Assembly: GCF_029626155.1 (NCBI RefSeq)
Contig: NZ_JARUBL010000001.1
Span: forward strand, 7,692,816 to 7,756,815
Length of the DNA stretch: 64,000 bases
Reading direction: 5' to 3'
Origin: Solwaraspora sp. WMMD1047
Lineage (GTDB): Bacteria > Actinomycetota > Actinomycetes > Mycobacteriales > Micromonosporaceae
Below are positions 45,504-55,052 of the stretch, in pieces. The notes below the pieces were generated by a model, which was not told the origin of the DNA, did not search any database, and saw nothing but the letters and a program-made list of their open reading frames with translations. Made by a program: the position numbers and the translations under genes. Each line of letters opens with the position of its first letter. Within the stretch, counting starts at the first letter, position 1.

Positions 45504-47123
45504 GTGTCGATGAAGGACTCCCGTCCCCCGGGAGGACCCGACACGCTCCGGGTACGGCGACGGCGTACCAGCGTCGTCACCGCGCTCGTCGCGGGTCTCG
45601 TCCTACCGATCCTCGCCGCGCCGGCCACCCCCGCCGCCGCCGCCGACCGACCACCCGTCCAACCGCTGCCCGCCAACCTGGAGGCGATCCGGGCCGCCGA
45701 GGCCACCGCCCTGTACGGCAGCCCCACCATCCGACCGCTCGACCAGCGCCGGACCGCCCTGATCACGATGGGCGACAGCGAGATCTCCGGCGAGGGCGTC
45801 GGCAACTACGTCCCCGGCACCCACCAGAACGGCAACTGGTGCGACCGCTCCTACGACCAGGCCGTCTTCCGCACCGGCATCGCCTCCGACGTGCAGTACA
45901 ACATCGCCTGCTCCGGGGCGACCCCGTGGAACCTGGTCGCCGGCGGACCGACCCAGTGGAACGAGCTGAACCAGGGCGACCACCTCGCCATCAAGGCCCG
46001 CAACACCCGGATCAAGCTGATCTGGGTGGTGGTCGGCGCGAACGGCGACGGCACCATCCAGTTCGGACCGGTCGCCACCGACTGCGCGATCCGCCGGGTC
46101 TTCTTCCAGGGCCCCTGCTACCCGACCTACACCGACCAGTGGACGATCCGCACGGACGGCAGCCGGCGCGGCGCCGAGGAGGCCCTCAACTCGATCCGGC
46201 AGACCATGACCGGGGCCGGCTACCTCCGGTCGGACTACGAACTGGTGCTGATGTCGTACCCGAGTCCGGGCAGCCCGGACGTCGAGGACAATCCGAACTT
46301 CCCCGGCTGGTACTCGGGCGGCTGCCTGCTCTACCTGCACGACGTCGCGTTCGCCCGGAACAAGGCCGTCCCGTTGTTCGAGTCGGCGTTGCGCGCGGCG
46401 GCGGCCAACACCGGCACCCGCTACCTGGACGCCAGCCGGCTCTTCCACGGCCGGGAGGTCTGCACCGAGAGCCCGGCCGTCCGGGGCCTCTACATCGAGG
46501 TCGGGATCTGGAACGAGAACGCCGCCCGGCAGTCGTTCCACCCCAACAGCCGGGGTCACGGGCTGTTCGCCCAGTGCATCACCCAGTTCTACGCGTCCGG
46601 TCAGGAGCGGGCCACCTGCGTCGACGAGGCGGGCACCGGCAACGGGGTGCTCCACCCGGGTCTGCTGGAGTTCCGGCAGCTGCGCAACGCCGGCACCGGC
46701 AACTGCCTGGACGGCAAGGGATACGACTCCCGCAACGGCACCCCGCAGCAGCCGTACACCTGTCACGGCGGCCGTAACCAGGGCTTCTGGTACGACGCCG
46801 ACCGACAGTCGGTGCACTCCGAGCTGTCGCACGACAGGTGCCTGGACGTCTCCGGGGGCACCCTGCGGGCCAACGCCGCCGTCAACATCTACGACTGCCA
46901 CGGCGGCGCCAACCAGCGGTTCGTCTTCGCGGGCGACCAGATCAAGCCGGCCGGCAACGCCAACCTCTGCCTGGCGTTCGACAACCCGATCCTGGGTTCG
47001 GCGCGGCTGCGGCTGGCCAACTGCGGCAGCAGTGCCCGGCAGCGGTGGTCGTTCGAGTCGCGGTCGTACGCCAACCCGGTCGGGTACGGATCCGACGACT
47101 TCATCGGGTCCCGGGTCTACTGA
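45504..47123 (+). CDS. Secreted SGNH/GDSL-family hydrolase with a C-terminal ricin-B (QxW) lectin domain
   Basis: Signal/TM LVAGLVLPILAAPATPAAAA. SGNH block I ITMGDSEISGEG. C-terminal repeats with C…G.NQ.FW / …CHGGANQRFVF. Confidence 0.6.
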   Translation: MSMKDSRPPGGPDTLRVRRRRTSVVTALVAGLVLPILAAPATPAAAADRPPVQPLPANLEAIRAAEATALYGSPTIRPLDQRRTALITMGDSEISGEGVGNYVPGTHQNGNWCDRSYDQAVFRTGIASDVQYNIACSGATPWNLVAGGPTQWNELNQGDHLAIKARNTRIKLIWVVVGANGDGTIQFGPVATDCAIRRVFFQGPCYPTYTDQWTIRTDGSRRGAEEALNSIRQTMTGAGYLRSDYELVLMSYPSPGSPDVEDNPNFPGWYSGGCLLYLHDVAFARNKAVPLFESALRAAAANTGTRYLDASRLFHGREVCTESPAVRGLYIEVGIWNENAARQSFHPNSRGHGLFAQCITQFYASGQERATCVDEAGTGNGVLHPGLLEFRQLRNAGTGNCLDGKGYDSRNGTPQQPYTCHGGRNQGFWYDADRQSVHSELSHDRCLDVSGGTLRANAAVNIYDCHGGANQRFVFAGDQIKPAGNANLCLAFDNPILGSARLRLANCGSSARQRWSFESRSYANPVGYGSDDFIGSRVY

Positions 47124-47209
47124 CCCCCGAGCCGCCGCGGAGGGGTCCTGCCGACGCACCGCCGGCAGGAACCCTCCGCGGCCAGTAAGGCGGCCACCTG
47201 ATCGGCCGG

Positions 47210-47830
47210 TCAGTCCCGGTCGTCCACCACCACCAGCCGGGCCACCGCGCCGTCGCCCGCACCGGCGCCGGCCAGCCCGACCCGGGTGCCCACCGCCACC
47301 TGTTCGGCCTGGATCGCCGTGCCCCGGTGCACGACCCGCAGGTCGGGGCCGAACGTCCAGCGCATGGTGAAGCCGTCGGTGGAGCGGACGGTGAGCGACT
47401 CGGCGTCCACCGCGGTCACCTCGCCACGCTGCACGGTCACCGTCCGGGTGCCGCCGCCGGCCCGCACCACCACCTCGCCGTGCAGCATGTTCCTCCGCAG
47501 CAGCACCCGGGCCCGGCGCCGCTCCCGCCGGTCCTCGGCCCGCTCTCCGGGGGCGGCACCCGCCGTCGGCCCCGGCGCGGCCGTCGCCACCGCCAGCGCC
47601 GAATCGGGTACGCCGACGCCGACCAGCTCGAATCCCAGCGCGGCCAACGCCTGTCCCTCGGTCCCGAGGGCCGCGGCCGCCTCGACGGCGATCTCCTCGG
47701 CGGCGATCTCCTCGGCGGCCTCGTGGGCCGCGCCGGGCCGGCCGTCGGACGTGACCCCGCAGCCGGCGGTGGCCAGCATTCCCACGGTGAGCAGCAGCGC
47801 GGCCGCCCCGGTGACTCGCCAGTGTCTCAT
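47210..47830 (-). CDS. Lipoprotein of unknown function (lipobox LATAGC)
   Basis: Signal peptide AAALLLTVGMLATAGC. Lies downstream of the sensor kinase on the same strand. Confidence 0.5.
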   Translation of the reverse strand: MRHWRVTGAAALLLTVGMLATAGCGVTSDGRPGAAHEAAEEIAAEEIAVEAAAALGTEGQALAALGFELVGVGVPDSALAVATAAPGPTAGAAPGERAEDRRERRRARVLLRRNMLHGEVVVRAGGGTRTVTVQRGEVTAVDAESLTVRSTDGFTMRWTFGPDLRVVHRGTAIQAEQVAVGTRVGLAGAGAGDGAVARLVVVDDRD

Positions 47831-48001
47831 CGGTCTCCCTCCCCTGTCTCGGGAGACCAGCCTGCGCCGCCGATACGAGGCACCCGTCAGACCCGGGTAC
47901 GAGGCTGGTAAGAAATCCCGGCTGCCACCACCGATCGCGGCGCTGCCGGGTCGGGAGCTGATGCTGCTCGTCGTGGCGTCACGCGCGAGTCCCGCGCCGG
48001 C

Positions 48002-49438
48002 TCAGTGTCCCGCTGATCCCGCGGTGTCGTTGCCGGTGGTGCCGGGGGCCGGCGGGAGCCAGACCGTGAAGCGGGCGCCGCCCTCGGTGGCATGGCCGGC
48101 CTCGATCCGGCCGCCCAGCCGGCGGACCAGCCCGGCCGCCAGCGCGAGCCCGAGGCCGCTGCCGACCCGGCGTACCCCCGCGTAGCGGTCGCGGAGCGCA
48201 CCGCGCTCGAACGCGACCGCGAGGTCGTCGTCGGTCAGACCCGGCCCGCCGTCGCGGACCTCGACGATTCCCCCGGCCGGGGTCGCCGGCCGGGCAGCGA
48301 CGACGACCGGCGCCCCCGGCGGCACCACCCGCAGCGCGTTCTCCAGCAGCCCGTCGACCACCTGCCGGATCCGGCCGGCATCCGCGTACGCGGACACCCG
48401 GTCCGTCGGGGTCCCGGCCGTTCCGGCCGGCGGTAGTTCGGCGCGCAACCCCACCCCGTGCGCGGCGTACCGCCCGCTCCACGCCTCGACGGCGTCGGTC
48501 ACCAACCGGGCCAGGTCGAGCCGGGTGGGCTCCAGCGCGAAGTCGACCGCATCCAGCCGGGCCAGTGCGAGCAGGTCGCTGACCAGCCGGTCGAGGTGCA
48601 CAGCGGCGGCGAGCACGGTCTGCCCGGCCCGCTGGCCGCCGGCGTCGGCGACCACCCCGTCGGCGAGCGCCTCGGCGTACCCCCGGATCGTGGTCAGCGG
48701 GGTGCGCAGTTCGTGCGAGACGGAGAGCAGGAACTCCCGCTGCCGTCGCTCACTGGTGGCCAGCGCGCTGGCCAGATCGTTGATGGCGTGCGCCAGGTCG
48801 GCGATCTCGTCCGGCGGTTCCACCGGCACCCGGACGTCCCGCTCGCCGGCGGAGAGCCGGGCTGCCACGGTGGCGGCGGTGCGGATCGGCCGGGCGAGCC
48901 GGCGGGCCAGCAGGGTGCCGGCCACCACGCCGGCGACCAGACCGGCCAGCAGCGGCACCCAGAGGCTCGGTCCGACCAGCCGCCAGAGCCCGGTGGCCAG
49001 CGGTCGGGTCAGCACTACGCCGTTGCCGCCGGGCAGCCAGCGCCCCTCGACCAGCGACACCTCGCCGCGGACCAGCCGCCGGCCGGAGAAGTTCCGGCCG
49101 CCGGCGATCCGGTCGACCACCCCGGGCGGCAGCCCGGACCGGTCGGCGACGCCATCCCGGATCAGGTACGCGTCGATGGACTGGTCGGCGAGCTGCCGGA
49201 TGATGCGGTCCTGACCGACGGTCGGATCGGGGCCACGGTCCCGGGCGAACCTCGGCCGGAGCGCCTCCGCCGCCAGCCGGGCCTGCGCGGCCAGCGCCTC
49301 CCGGGCCTGCCGCTCCGCGGCGCGGGCCGCCAGCGGCACCGCCACCGACGCGGTGACCAGCACCGAGACCAGCGCGACCGCGCAACCGACGAGCACCGCC
49401 CGGGCGGTGAGGGTGCGGCCGATCCGGTCAGGCCGCAC
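48002..49438 (-). CDS. Two-component sensor histidine kinase
   Basis: TM helices, HAMP, H-box LSVSHELRTPLTTI, and the G1/G2 boxes (…DGGPGLTDDDL…GSGLGLALA…). Confidence 0.75.
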   Translation of the reverse strand: MRPDRIGRTLTARAVLVGCAVALVSVLVTASVAVPLAARAAERQAREALAAQARLAAEALRPRFARDRGPDPTVGQDRIIRQLADQSIDAYLIRDGVADRSGLPPGVVDRIAGGRNFSGRRLVRGEVSLVEGRWLPGGNGVVLTRPLATGLWRLVGPSLWVPLLAGLVAGVVAGTLLARRLARPIRTAATVAARLSAGERDVRVPVEPPDEIADLAHAINDLASALATSERRQREFLLSVSHELRTPLTTIRGYAEALADGVVADAGGQRAGQTVLAAAVHLDRLVSDLLALARLDAVDFALEPTRLDLARLVTDAVEAWSGRYAAHGVGLRAELPPAGTAGTPTDRVSAYADAGRIRQVVDGLLENALRVVPPGAPVVVAARPATPAGGIVEVRDGGPGLTDDDLAVAFERGALRDRYAGVRRVGSGLGLALAAGLVRRLGGRIEAGHATEGGARFTVWLPPAPGTTGNDTAGSAGH

Positions 49439-50129
49439 AGGCGTACCCGACCCCGCGGTGGGTGCGGATCACCTCAGCCCCGACGCCGAGCTTGGCCCGG
49501 ACCTGCGCGACGTGCACGTCGACGGTGCGGGTGCCGCTGTGCGCGGCGTACCCCCAGACACTGGCCAGCAGCTCCTCCCGGGTGAAGACCCGGCCCGGCC
49601 GGGCCATCAGGTGGGCCAGCAGGTCGAACTCCGTCGAGGTGAGCTGGACCGGCTCGCCGCCCACCGCGACGGTGCGGCGGGCCGGGTCGAGCGCGACCGG
49701 GCCGACCGCCCGCGGCTGCTCGGTGAGCTCCGGCCCGCCGGCGCAGCGGCGCAGCACGGCCCGTAGCCGGGCCACCAGCTCCCGGGGGCTGAACGGCTTG
49801 GTCAGGTAGTCGTCGGCGCCCAGTTCGAGGCCGACGATCCGGTCCACCTCGTCGTCCCGGGCGGTCAGGAAGATCACCGGTGTCCAGTCGCCGGTCGAGC
49901 GGAGCCGCCGGCACAGCTCGGTGCCGGTGAGGCCGGGCAGCGCGATGTCGAGGACGCAGGCCACCGGCCGCAGCCGCCGGGCGGCGGCCAGCCCGGCCGC
50001 TCCGTCGTGCTCCACGTGTACGCCGAAGCCGTCCCGGGTCAGGTAGAGCCGGACCAGCTCGGCGATCGGTCGTTCGTCCTCCACCACCAGGACGAGCCCG
50101 CGCTGTGCCGGGGCGCCGTCGTCGCTCAC
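49428..50129 (-). CDS. OmpR-family response regulator
   Basis: Receiver domain (LVVEDERPIAEL…LDIALPGLTG…) plus winged-helix (…TREELLASVWGYAAHSGTRTVDVHVAQVRAKL). GTG 50129. Confidence 0.75.
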   Translation of the reverse strand: MSDDGAPAQRGLVLVVEDERPIAELVRLYLTRDGFGVHVEHDGAAGLAAARRLRPVACVLDIALPGLTGTELCRRLRSTGDWTPVIFLTARDDEVDRIVGLELGADDYLTKPFSPRELVARLRAVLRRCAGGPELTEQPRAVGPVALDPARRTVAVGGEPVQLTSTEFDLLAHLMARPGRVFTREELLASVWGYAAHSGTRTVDVHVAQVRAKLGVGAEVIRTHRGVGYACAA

Positions 50130-50200
50130 TCGACCATGATGGCCGACCGGCGGCGTCCGCGCCCCGGCGGAATTGTTCGGAGTCGGTAAGGGCGCTTTGG

Positions 50201-50695
50201 TCAGCCGGGCACCGGTACCCGGCGCTCGGGTCGCCCGGCTCGGCGGGTGGCGGCCGGCCGGAAGACGTGGCTGAGCAGCGCGTCGACCTGCCATGCCTGC
50301 TTGGGGGTGGCGGCCCGGATCAGGAACCGTTCCCGGACCCCGTCCATCGCGGTGACCGCCAGCTCGACCGCCGGCAGTCGGAGGTCGGGGCTCCAGGTGA
50401 CGTTGCTGAGGTGCCGCAGGTCGGTGTTGAGGTGTAGCCGCAGCCGGTGCAGCACCCGGCTGCGCTGGGTGACCACCAGTCGCCGGTAGGTGAGCAGCAG
50501 CAGGTATTCGCCCCGACCGGGACGGTCCGGCCGGGTACACCGCCGGACCAGTACCGGGGTGTCGCCGGCCTGCATGCACCGCCGGAGGATGGAGAGGTGC
50601 CGGTGCGCGCTGAGCGCGGTGACGCCGCGTCCGGCGAGTCCAGCAGCCTCGGGTCCGGTGGCGTTGGTCAGGAGCGAATCGGAGAAGACGTCCAT
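50201..50695 (-). CDS. Hypothetical protein
   Basis: ORF with consistent GC3 bias. No family recognised. Confidence 0.35.
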   Translation of the reverse strand: MDVFSDSLLTNATGPEAAGLAGRGVTALSAHRHLSILRRCMQAGDTPVLVRRCTRPDRPGRGEYLLLLTYRRLVVTQRSRVLHRLRLHLNTDLRHLSNVTWSPDLRLPAVELAVTAMDGVRERFLIRAATPKQAWQVDALLSHVFRPAATRRAGRPERRVPVPG

Positions 50696-50769
50696 GCCGA
50701 TTCAACGATGTGTCATCGAACCATGACGCGGGGTAGGCATGGATGAAAGTGAAATTACAGAAGTTCCAC

Positions 50770-51954
50770 CTATAGAAGTTCTACTACCGTCGCGTTCGCC
50801 ATCCCGCCGCCCTCGCACATCGTCTGCAGGCCGTACCGGATGTCGTTGTCCCGCATGTGGTGCAGCATCGTGGTCATGATCCGGGCGCCCGAGCCGCCCA
50901 GCGGGTGGCCCAGCGCGATCGCGCCGCCACGCGGGTTGAGCCGCTCCGGGTCGGCCTCGGTCTCGGCCAGCCAGGCGAGCGGAACCGGCGCGAACGCCTC
51001 GTTCACCTCGTACACCCCGATCTCCTCGATGCCCAGCCCGGCCCGACGCAGCGCCTTCGCGGTGGCCGGGATCGGCGCGGTGAGCATCAGGACCGGATCA
51101 TCCGCCGCGACCACGGCGGTGTGGATCCGGGCCAACGGCCGCAGACCGTGCCGCCGCGCCCACTCCGAGGTGGTCACGGCCAGGGCGGCCGCCCCATCTG
51201 AGATCTGCGAGGCCGACCCGGCGGTGACCACACCGTCGGGCCGGAACGGCGTGGCCAGCTCGGCCAGCTTGGCCAGGCTGGTGTCCCGTCGGATGCCCTG
51301 GTCCGCGTCGAGCTTGCCGTCGGCGAGCGCGACCGGCGCGATCTCGGCGTCGAAGGCTCCGGCGTCCTGGGCGGCGGCGGCCCGGCGGTGGCTGGCCAGC
51401 GCGTACTCGTCGAGTGCGGTCCGGGTGAACCCCCAGCGGGCGGCGATCAGCTCGGCACCCACGCCCTGGTTGAACGGGACCGGCTCATCGGCCGCGAAGC
51501 CGTCGACCCCCCGGTAGCGGTCCCGCACCAGCCCGCCGTACGGCAGTCCGGCCGCGCCGTCGGCGGACGGCGAGCTGGCGCCCATCGGCACCCGGGTCAT
51601 CGACTCCACCCCACCGGCGACCACCAGCTCGGCCTGGCCGGCGAGCACCGCCGCCGCGGCGAAGTGCACCGCCTGCTGGCTGGAACCGCACTGGCGGTCG
51701 AGCGTCGTACCGGGCACCGTCTCCGGCCAACCGGCCGCCAGCACGGCGTTGCGGGCGACGTTCCACGCCTGCTCGCCGACCTGCGACACGCAGCCCCAGA
51801 TCACATCGTCCACATCGGCGGGCTCGAACCCGGTCCGCTCCGCCAGCGCCCGCAGCACGTGCGCGGAGAGATCGACCGGATGCACGCCGGCGAGTCCGCC
51901 CCGGCGTCGCCCCACCGGGGTGCGCACCGCGCCGACGATTACCGCGTCCCTCAT
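50770..51954 (-). CDS. Acetyl-CoA acetyltransferase (thiolase II)
   Basis: MRDAVIVGAVRTPVGRRRGGLAG…, …QCGSSQQAV…, C-terminal …GHPLGGSGARIMTTMLHHM…CEGGGMANA. Confidence 0.8.
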   Translation of the reverse strand: MRDAVIVGAVRTPVGRRRGGLAGVHPVDLSAHVLRALAERTGFEPADVDDVIWGCVSQVGEQAWNVARNAVLAAGWPETVPGTTLDRQCGSSQQAVHFAAAAVLAGQAELVVAGGVESMTRVPMGASSPSADGAAGLPYGGLVRDRYRGVDGFAADEPVPFNQGVGAELIAARWGFTRTALDEYALASHRRAAAAQDAGAFDAEIAPVALADGKLDADQGIRRDTSLAKLAELATPFRPDGVVTAGSASQISDGAAALAVTTSEWARRHGLRPLARIHTAVVAADDPVLMLTAPIPATAKALRRAGLGIEEIGVYEVNEAFAPVPLAWLAETEADPERLNPRGGAIALGHPLGGSGARIMTTMLHHMRDNDIRYGLQTMCEGGGMANATVVELL

Positions 51955-52052
51955 GACCGCACCCCCGCTGATCTCGCCCGAGTCTTGGTACCCATCGGTA
52001 ACTTGATCCTCCGATCGTACGTCCTGCCGGGTCGGCCTGGCAGTCTGGAGCG

Positions 52053-52490
52053 GTGCAGAACGATCCGCTCAGCCATCGGCAGTGGCGGGTGCCCGCCAAG
52101 GTACCCGTGGTCAAGTTCACCGCCGCGGTGCTGTTCGCCCTCGTCGGGCTTCTGCTCGCGGACGGCGATCCGGTCCGGCTGGTGCTGGCCGGGGTCACCT
52201 CGGCCGCCCTGGTCGGCTGGGGGCTGCGCGACCTGCTGCTGCCGGTCCGGCTTACCGCCGACCCGGTCGGACTCACGGTGGTCAGCGGGCTCGCCGGCCG
52301 GCACCGGCTGCCGTGGTCGGCGGTCGACCGGATCGTCGCCCACGGCCGGGGCAGTGTCCGGGGTCACCAACTGGAGATCGACACCGGCGACACGGTGCAC
52401 GTGCTGACCGGGTCCGATCTCGGGGCGTCCCCGGACGAGGTGGCGGCCGAGTTGCGGGCGCTGCGGGCCGACGGGTCAACCGCCGGCTGA
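52053..52490 (+). CDS. Hypothetical membrane-associated protein (possible bacterial PH-like domain)
   Basis: 2 TM helices then a small beta-rich domain. Inference only. Confidence 0.35.
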   Translation: MQNDPLSHRQWRVPAKVPVVKFTAAVLFALVGLLLADGDPVRLVLAGVTSAALVGWGLRDLLLPVRLTADPVGLTVVSGLAGRHRLPWSAVDRIVAHGRGSVRGHQLEIDTGDTVHVLTGSDLGASPDEVAAELRALRADGSTAG

Positions 52491-53438
52491 GGCGATCCCC
52501 AGTGCGGTCAACGCGACAAGCACCAGCAGGATCGCGGCGCACCCCACCGCCTGCACCAGGGTCCGGTTCTCCCGCGGCGCGTACGCCAGGATCGCCGCCG
52601 CGGCGGCCCCGGCGACCAGCCCGCCGAGGTGACCGGCGATCGAGATCCCGGCGATGGTGAAGGTGAGCACCAGGTTGATCGCCAGCACCCCGATCACCGC
52701 CGAGGTGTCCCGCTTCAACTTGCGCAACACGATGAAGAACGCGGCGAAGAGCCCGAAGACCGCGGTCGACGCGCCGGCCGCGAGCGCGTCCGGGCTGATC
52801 AGGTACGCCGCGACGTTGCCGCCGATGCCGGCCAGCAGGTAGAGCGCGAGGAACCGGGCCGGGCCGAGCACCGCTTCGAGATTGCGGCCGAGCACCCAGA
52901 GTGCCCACATGTTCAACAGCAGGTGCAGGATGCCGTAGTGGATGAACATGGCGGTGATCAACCGGTAGACGCCCCCGTCGTCGACGCCCGGGTAGACGTC
53001 GCCCTGGCCCGGGTAGGCCCCCAGCGCCACCGCGCCGTCGCGCAGCACGGTCACCGACGGGCCGACCACCCCGCCGAGCGCGTGTAGCTGGCCGGCGTCG
53101 GAGAAGAGCCCGGCCGCCAGCGACGCCCCACCGCCGGAGAGCAGCACGCCGATCAGCGCCGCCAGCACGTTCAGGCCGATGAGCGCCTTTGTGACGTACC
53201 CCTCACGGCCGGCGACACCGCCCCCGAAGGCGGTGCGCGCCGGCCGCTGGGTACGTCGGCCCTCGGCGACGCAGTCGGGGCACTGGTGACCCACGGCCGC
53301 GTCGCGCATGCAGTCCGGGCAGATGGAACGCTCACAGCGCGAGCACCGGACCCAGGTTTCGCGGGAGGGGTGCCGATAGCAGACCGGACCAGCGGTCGGC
53401 GGCGACTCGCTCACGTCATCCCCCCGGTTCGCCCACAC
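52476..53438 (-). CDS. Rhomboid-family intramembrane serine protease with an N-terminal zinc-ribbon
   Basis: N-terminal CxxC…CxxC (CYRHP…CSRCERSICPDC…CPDC). Rhomboid core with GASTAVFG (catalytic Ser) and …AHLGG (catalytic His) motifs. Confidence 0.65.
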   Translation of the reverse strand: MWANRGDDVSESPPTAGPVCYRHPSRETWVRCSRCERSICPDCMRDAAVGHQCPDCVAEGRRTQRPARTAFGGGVAGREGYVTKALIGLNVLAALIGVLLSGGGASLAAGLFSDAGQLHALGGVVGPSVTVLRDGAVALGAYPGQGDVYPGVDDGGVYRLITAMFIHYGILHLLLNMWALWVLGRNLEAVLGPARFLALYLLAGIGGNVAAYLISPDALAAGASTAVFGLFAAFFIVLRKLKRDTSAVIGVLAINLVLTFTIAGISIAGHLGGLVAGAAAAAILAYAPRENRTLVQAVGCAAILLVLVALTALGIASAGG

Positions 53439-53477
53439 TGCTCACCCATGGGCGCCAAGGCTACCCCGACCCGGCGA

Positions 53478-54011
53478 TCAGTCGTTGCGACGCTCGATCT
53501 CCACCCGCTCGATGATCACGTCCTGCAGCGGACGGTCGGCCGGGTTGGTGGGGCTGGTCGCGATCGTGTCCACGACCTTCGCCGACTGCTCGTCGGCGAC
53601 CTGGCCGAAGATGGTGTGCCGGTTGTTCAGGTGCGGCGTGGGGCCGACCGTGATGAAGAACTGCGAGCCGTTCGTACCCGGTCCGGCGTTCGCCATCGCG
53701 AGCAGGTACGGACGGTCGAAGCGCAGCTCCGGGTGGAACTCGTCGGCGAACTGGAAGCCCGGCCCGCCGCGCCCGGTGCCGGTCGGGTCGCCCATCTGGA
53801 TCATGAACCCGCTGATCACCCGGTGCGAGATGGTCCCGTCGTAGTACGGGCCGCTGCCCGGCTGGCCGGTCCGCGGGTCGATGTACTCCTTGGTGCCCTC
53901 CGCCAACTCGACGAAGTTGCGGACGGTCTTCGGAGCGTGGTTCGGAAAGAGCTCCAACCGGATCGGGCCGTTGTTGGTATGCAGGGTGGCGTAGACAGCC
54001 TCAGCCACGGG
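53478..54011 (-). CDS. ppiA: Peptidyl-prolyl cis-trans isomerase, cyclophilin type
   Basis: …YDGTISHRVISGFMIQMGDPTGTGRGGPG…NGSQFFIT… is the canonical cyclophilin signature. GTG 54011. Confidence 0.8.
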   Translation of the reverse strand, partial: PVAEAVYATLHTNNGPIRLELFPNHAPKTVRNFVELAEGTKEYIDPRTGQPGSGPYYDGTISHRVISGFMIQMGDPTGTGRGGPGFQFADEFHPELRFDRPYLLAMANAGPGTNGSQFFITVGPTPHLNNRHTIFGQVADEQSAKVVDTIATSPTNPADRPLQDVIIERVEIERRND

Positions 54012-54164
54012 TACTCCCTCGGTGGTAGTGATCCGCCGGCCGGAAGCACTGGCCGGCATTTCCATGGTCAGGTTCCATACGGATCCTCCCATGTGCCCGT
54101 TCACGCGGCGCGGAGGCATCCGAAGGTGGAGGATGACAGGGACCAACTCCAAGGAGGTGGGAAG

Positions 54165-54983
54165 GTGTTTGGAATCGGGCGACGCAGATCTCACAGGCAG
54201 CTCGCAAAGGCCGAGCTGGGCGAGGGGATCGGCCATCTGCGGCTGGCCGCCACCCACGCGGCGGGCGGGGTCGGCGCGACGGTCGGGCCGCGGGTGGATG
54301 CCGCGCGGCGGTACGTGGCGCCGACGGCGACCAGGGTCCGCAGCTCGGCGGTCGACGGCTGGGGAGCGACCATGAGCGCGGTCGCGCCGCTGGCGGTGGC
54401 CGCGGCGGACGGTGCCCGGCAGGCCGGTTCCGCCGCCGGTAAGAGCCGGGCCGGCAAGGCCACCAAGGCGCGGACCAAGGCCGCCGCCAAGGCGACCCGG
54501 GCCGCGAAGAACAAGGCAACTCGGCGTGGCCGGCCCGCCCGGCGCTGGCCGGCGATCGCCGGACTGGTGGCGGCCGGCGCCGCGATCGGTGTCGCCGGGG
54601 CGGTGGTCATGCGCCGCCGTCGGCAGGCCGAGTGGGACTCCTACGATCCCGCACCCGCCCTCGACACCCTGCCGAGCGAGGCGGTACCGGTGCTGGCCCA
54701 CACCTCGGCGGACCCCGGCCGCAAGCCGGCGAGCGGGGAGCGGACCGAGGTGATCCCGGCAACGGCCACCACGACCGCGCCGAAGGCCAGCTCAGCCGCC
54801 ACCCCGGCGGCCTCCGCGACCACCGGGACCGCCGCGACCTCCACGGCCGCCGGGACCAAGCCGACCGCCGCCGCGAAGTCGCCGGCCGAGGTGAAGTCGC
54901 CGGCCGGTACGAAGTCGGCGTCGGCCACGCCGGCGGCGACCTCGGCGGGCAAGTCGTCGAGCACGCCCAACGGGCGGGCCTGA
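54165..54983 (+). CDS. Hypothetical membrane protein with a Lys/Ala-rich basic segment and a Pro/Thr/Ala-rich tail
   Basis: Excellent SD aaggaggtggg before GTG 54165. One TM (WPAIAGLVAAGAAIGVAGAVV). Confidence 0.4.
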   Translation: MFGIGRRRSHRQLAKAELGEGIGHLRLAATHAAGGVGATVGPRVDAARRYVAPTATRVRSSAVDGWGATMSAVAPLAVAAADGARQAGSAAGKSRAGKATKARTKAAAKATRAAKNKATRRGRPARRWPAIAGLVAAGAAIGVAGAVVMRRRRQAEWDSYDPAPALDTLPSEAVPVLAHTSADPGRKPASGERTEVIPATATTTAPKASSAATPAASATTGTAATSTAAGTKPTAAAKSPAEVKSPAGTKSASATPAATSAGKSSSTPNGRA

Positions 54984-55052
54984 CCAGCCGGGCAGCCCAG
55001 TCGGGCCGGCGTCACCACCTACGGTGGCGCCGGCCCGGGGCGCGCCCGGGGA

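Noticed and set aside
50733-50760. Resemblance of GAAGTTCC…GAAGTTC to a yeast FRT site
   Set aside because: The copies are direct rather than inverted and lack the FRT spacer, so the resemblance is coincidental. Reported only as a generic direct-repeat motif.
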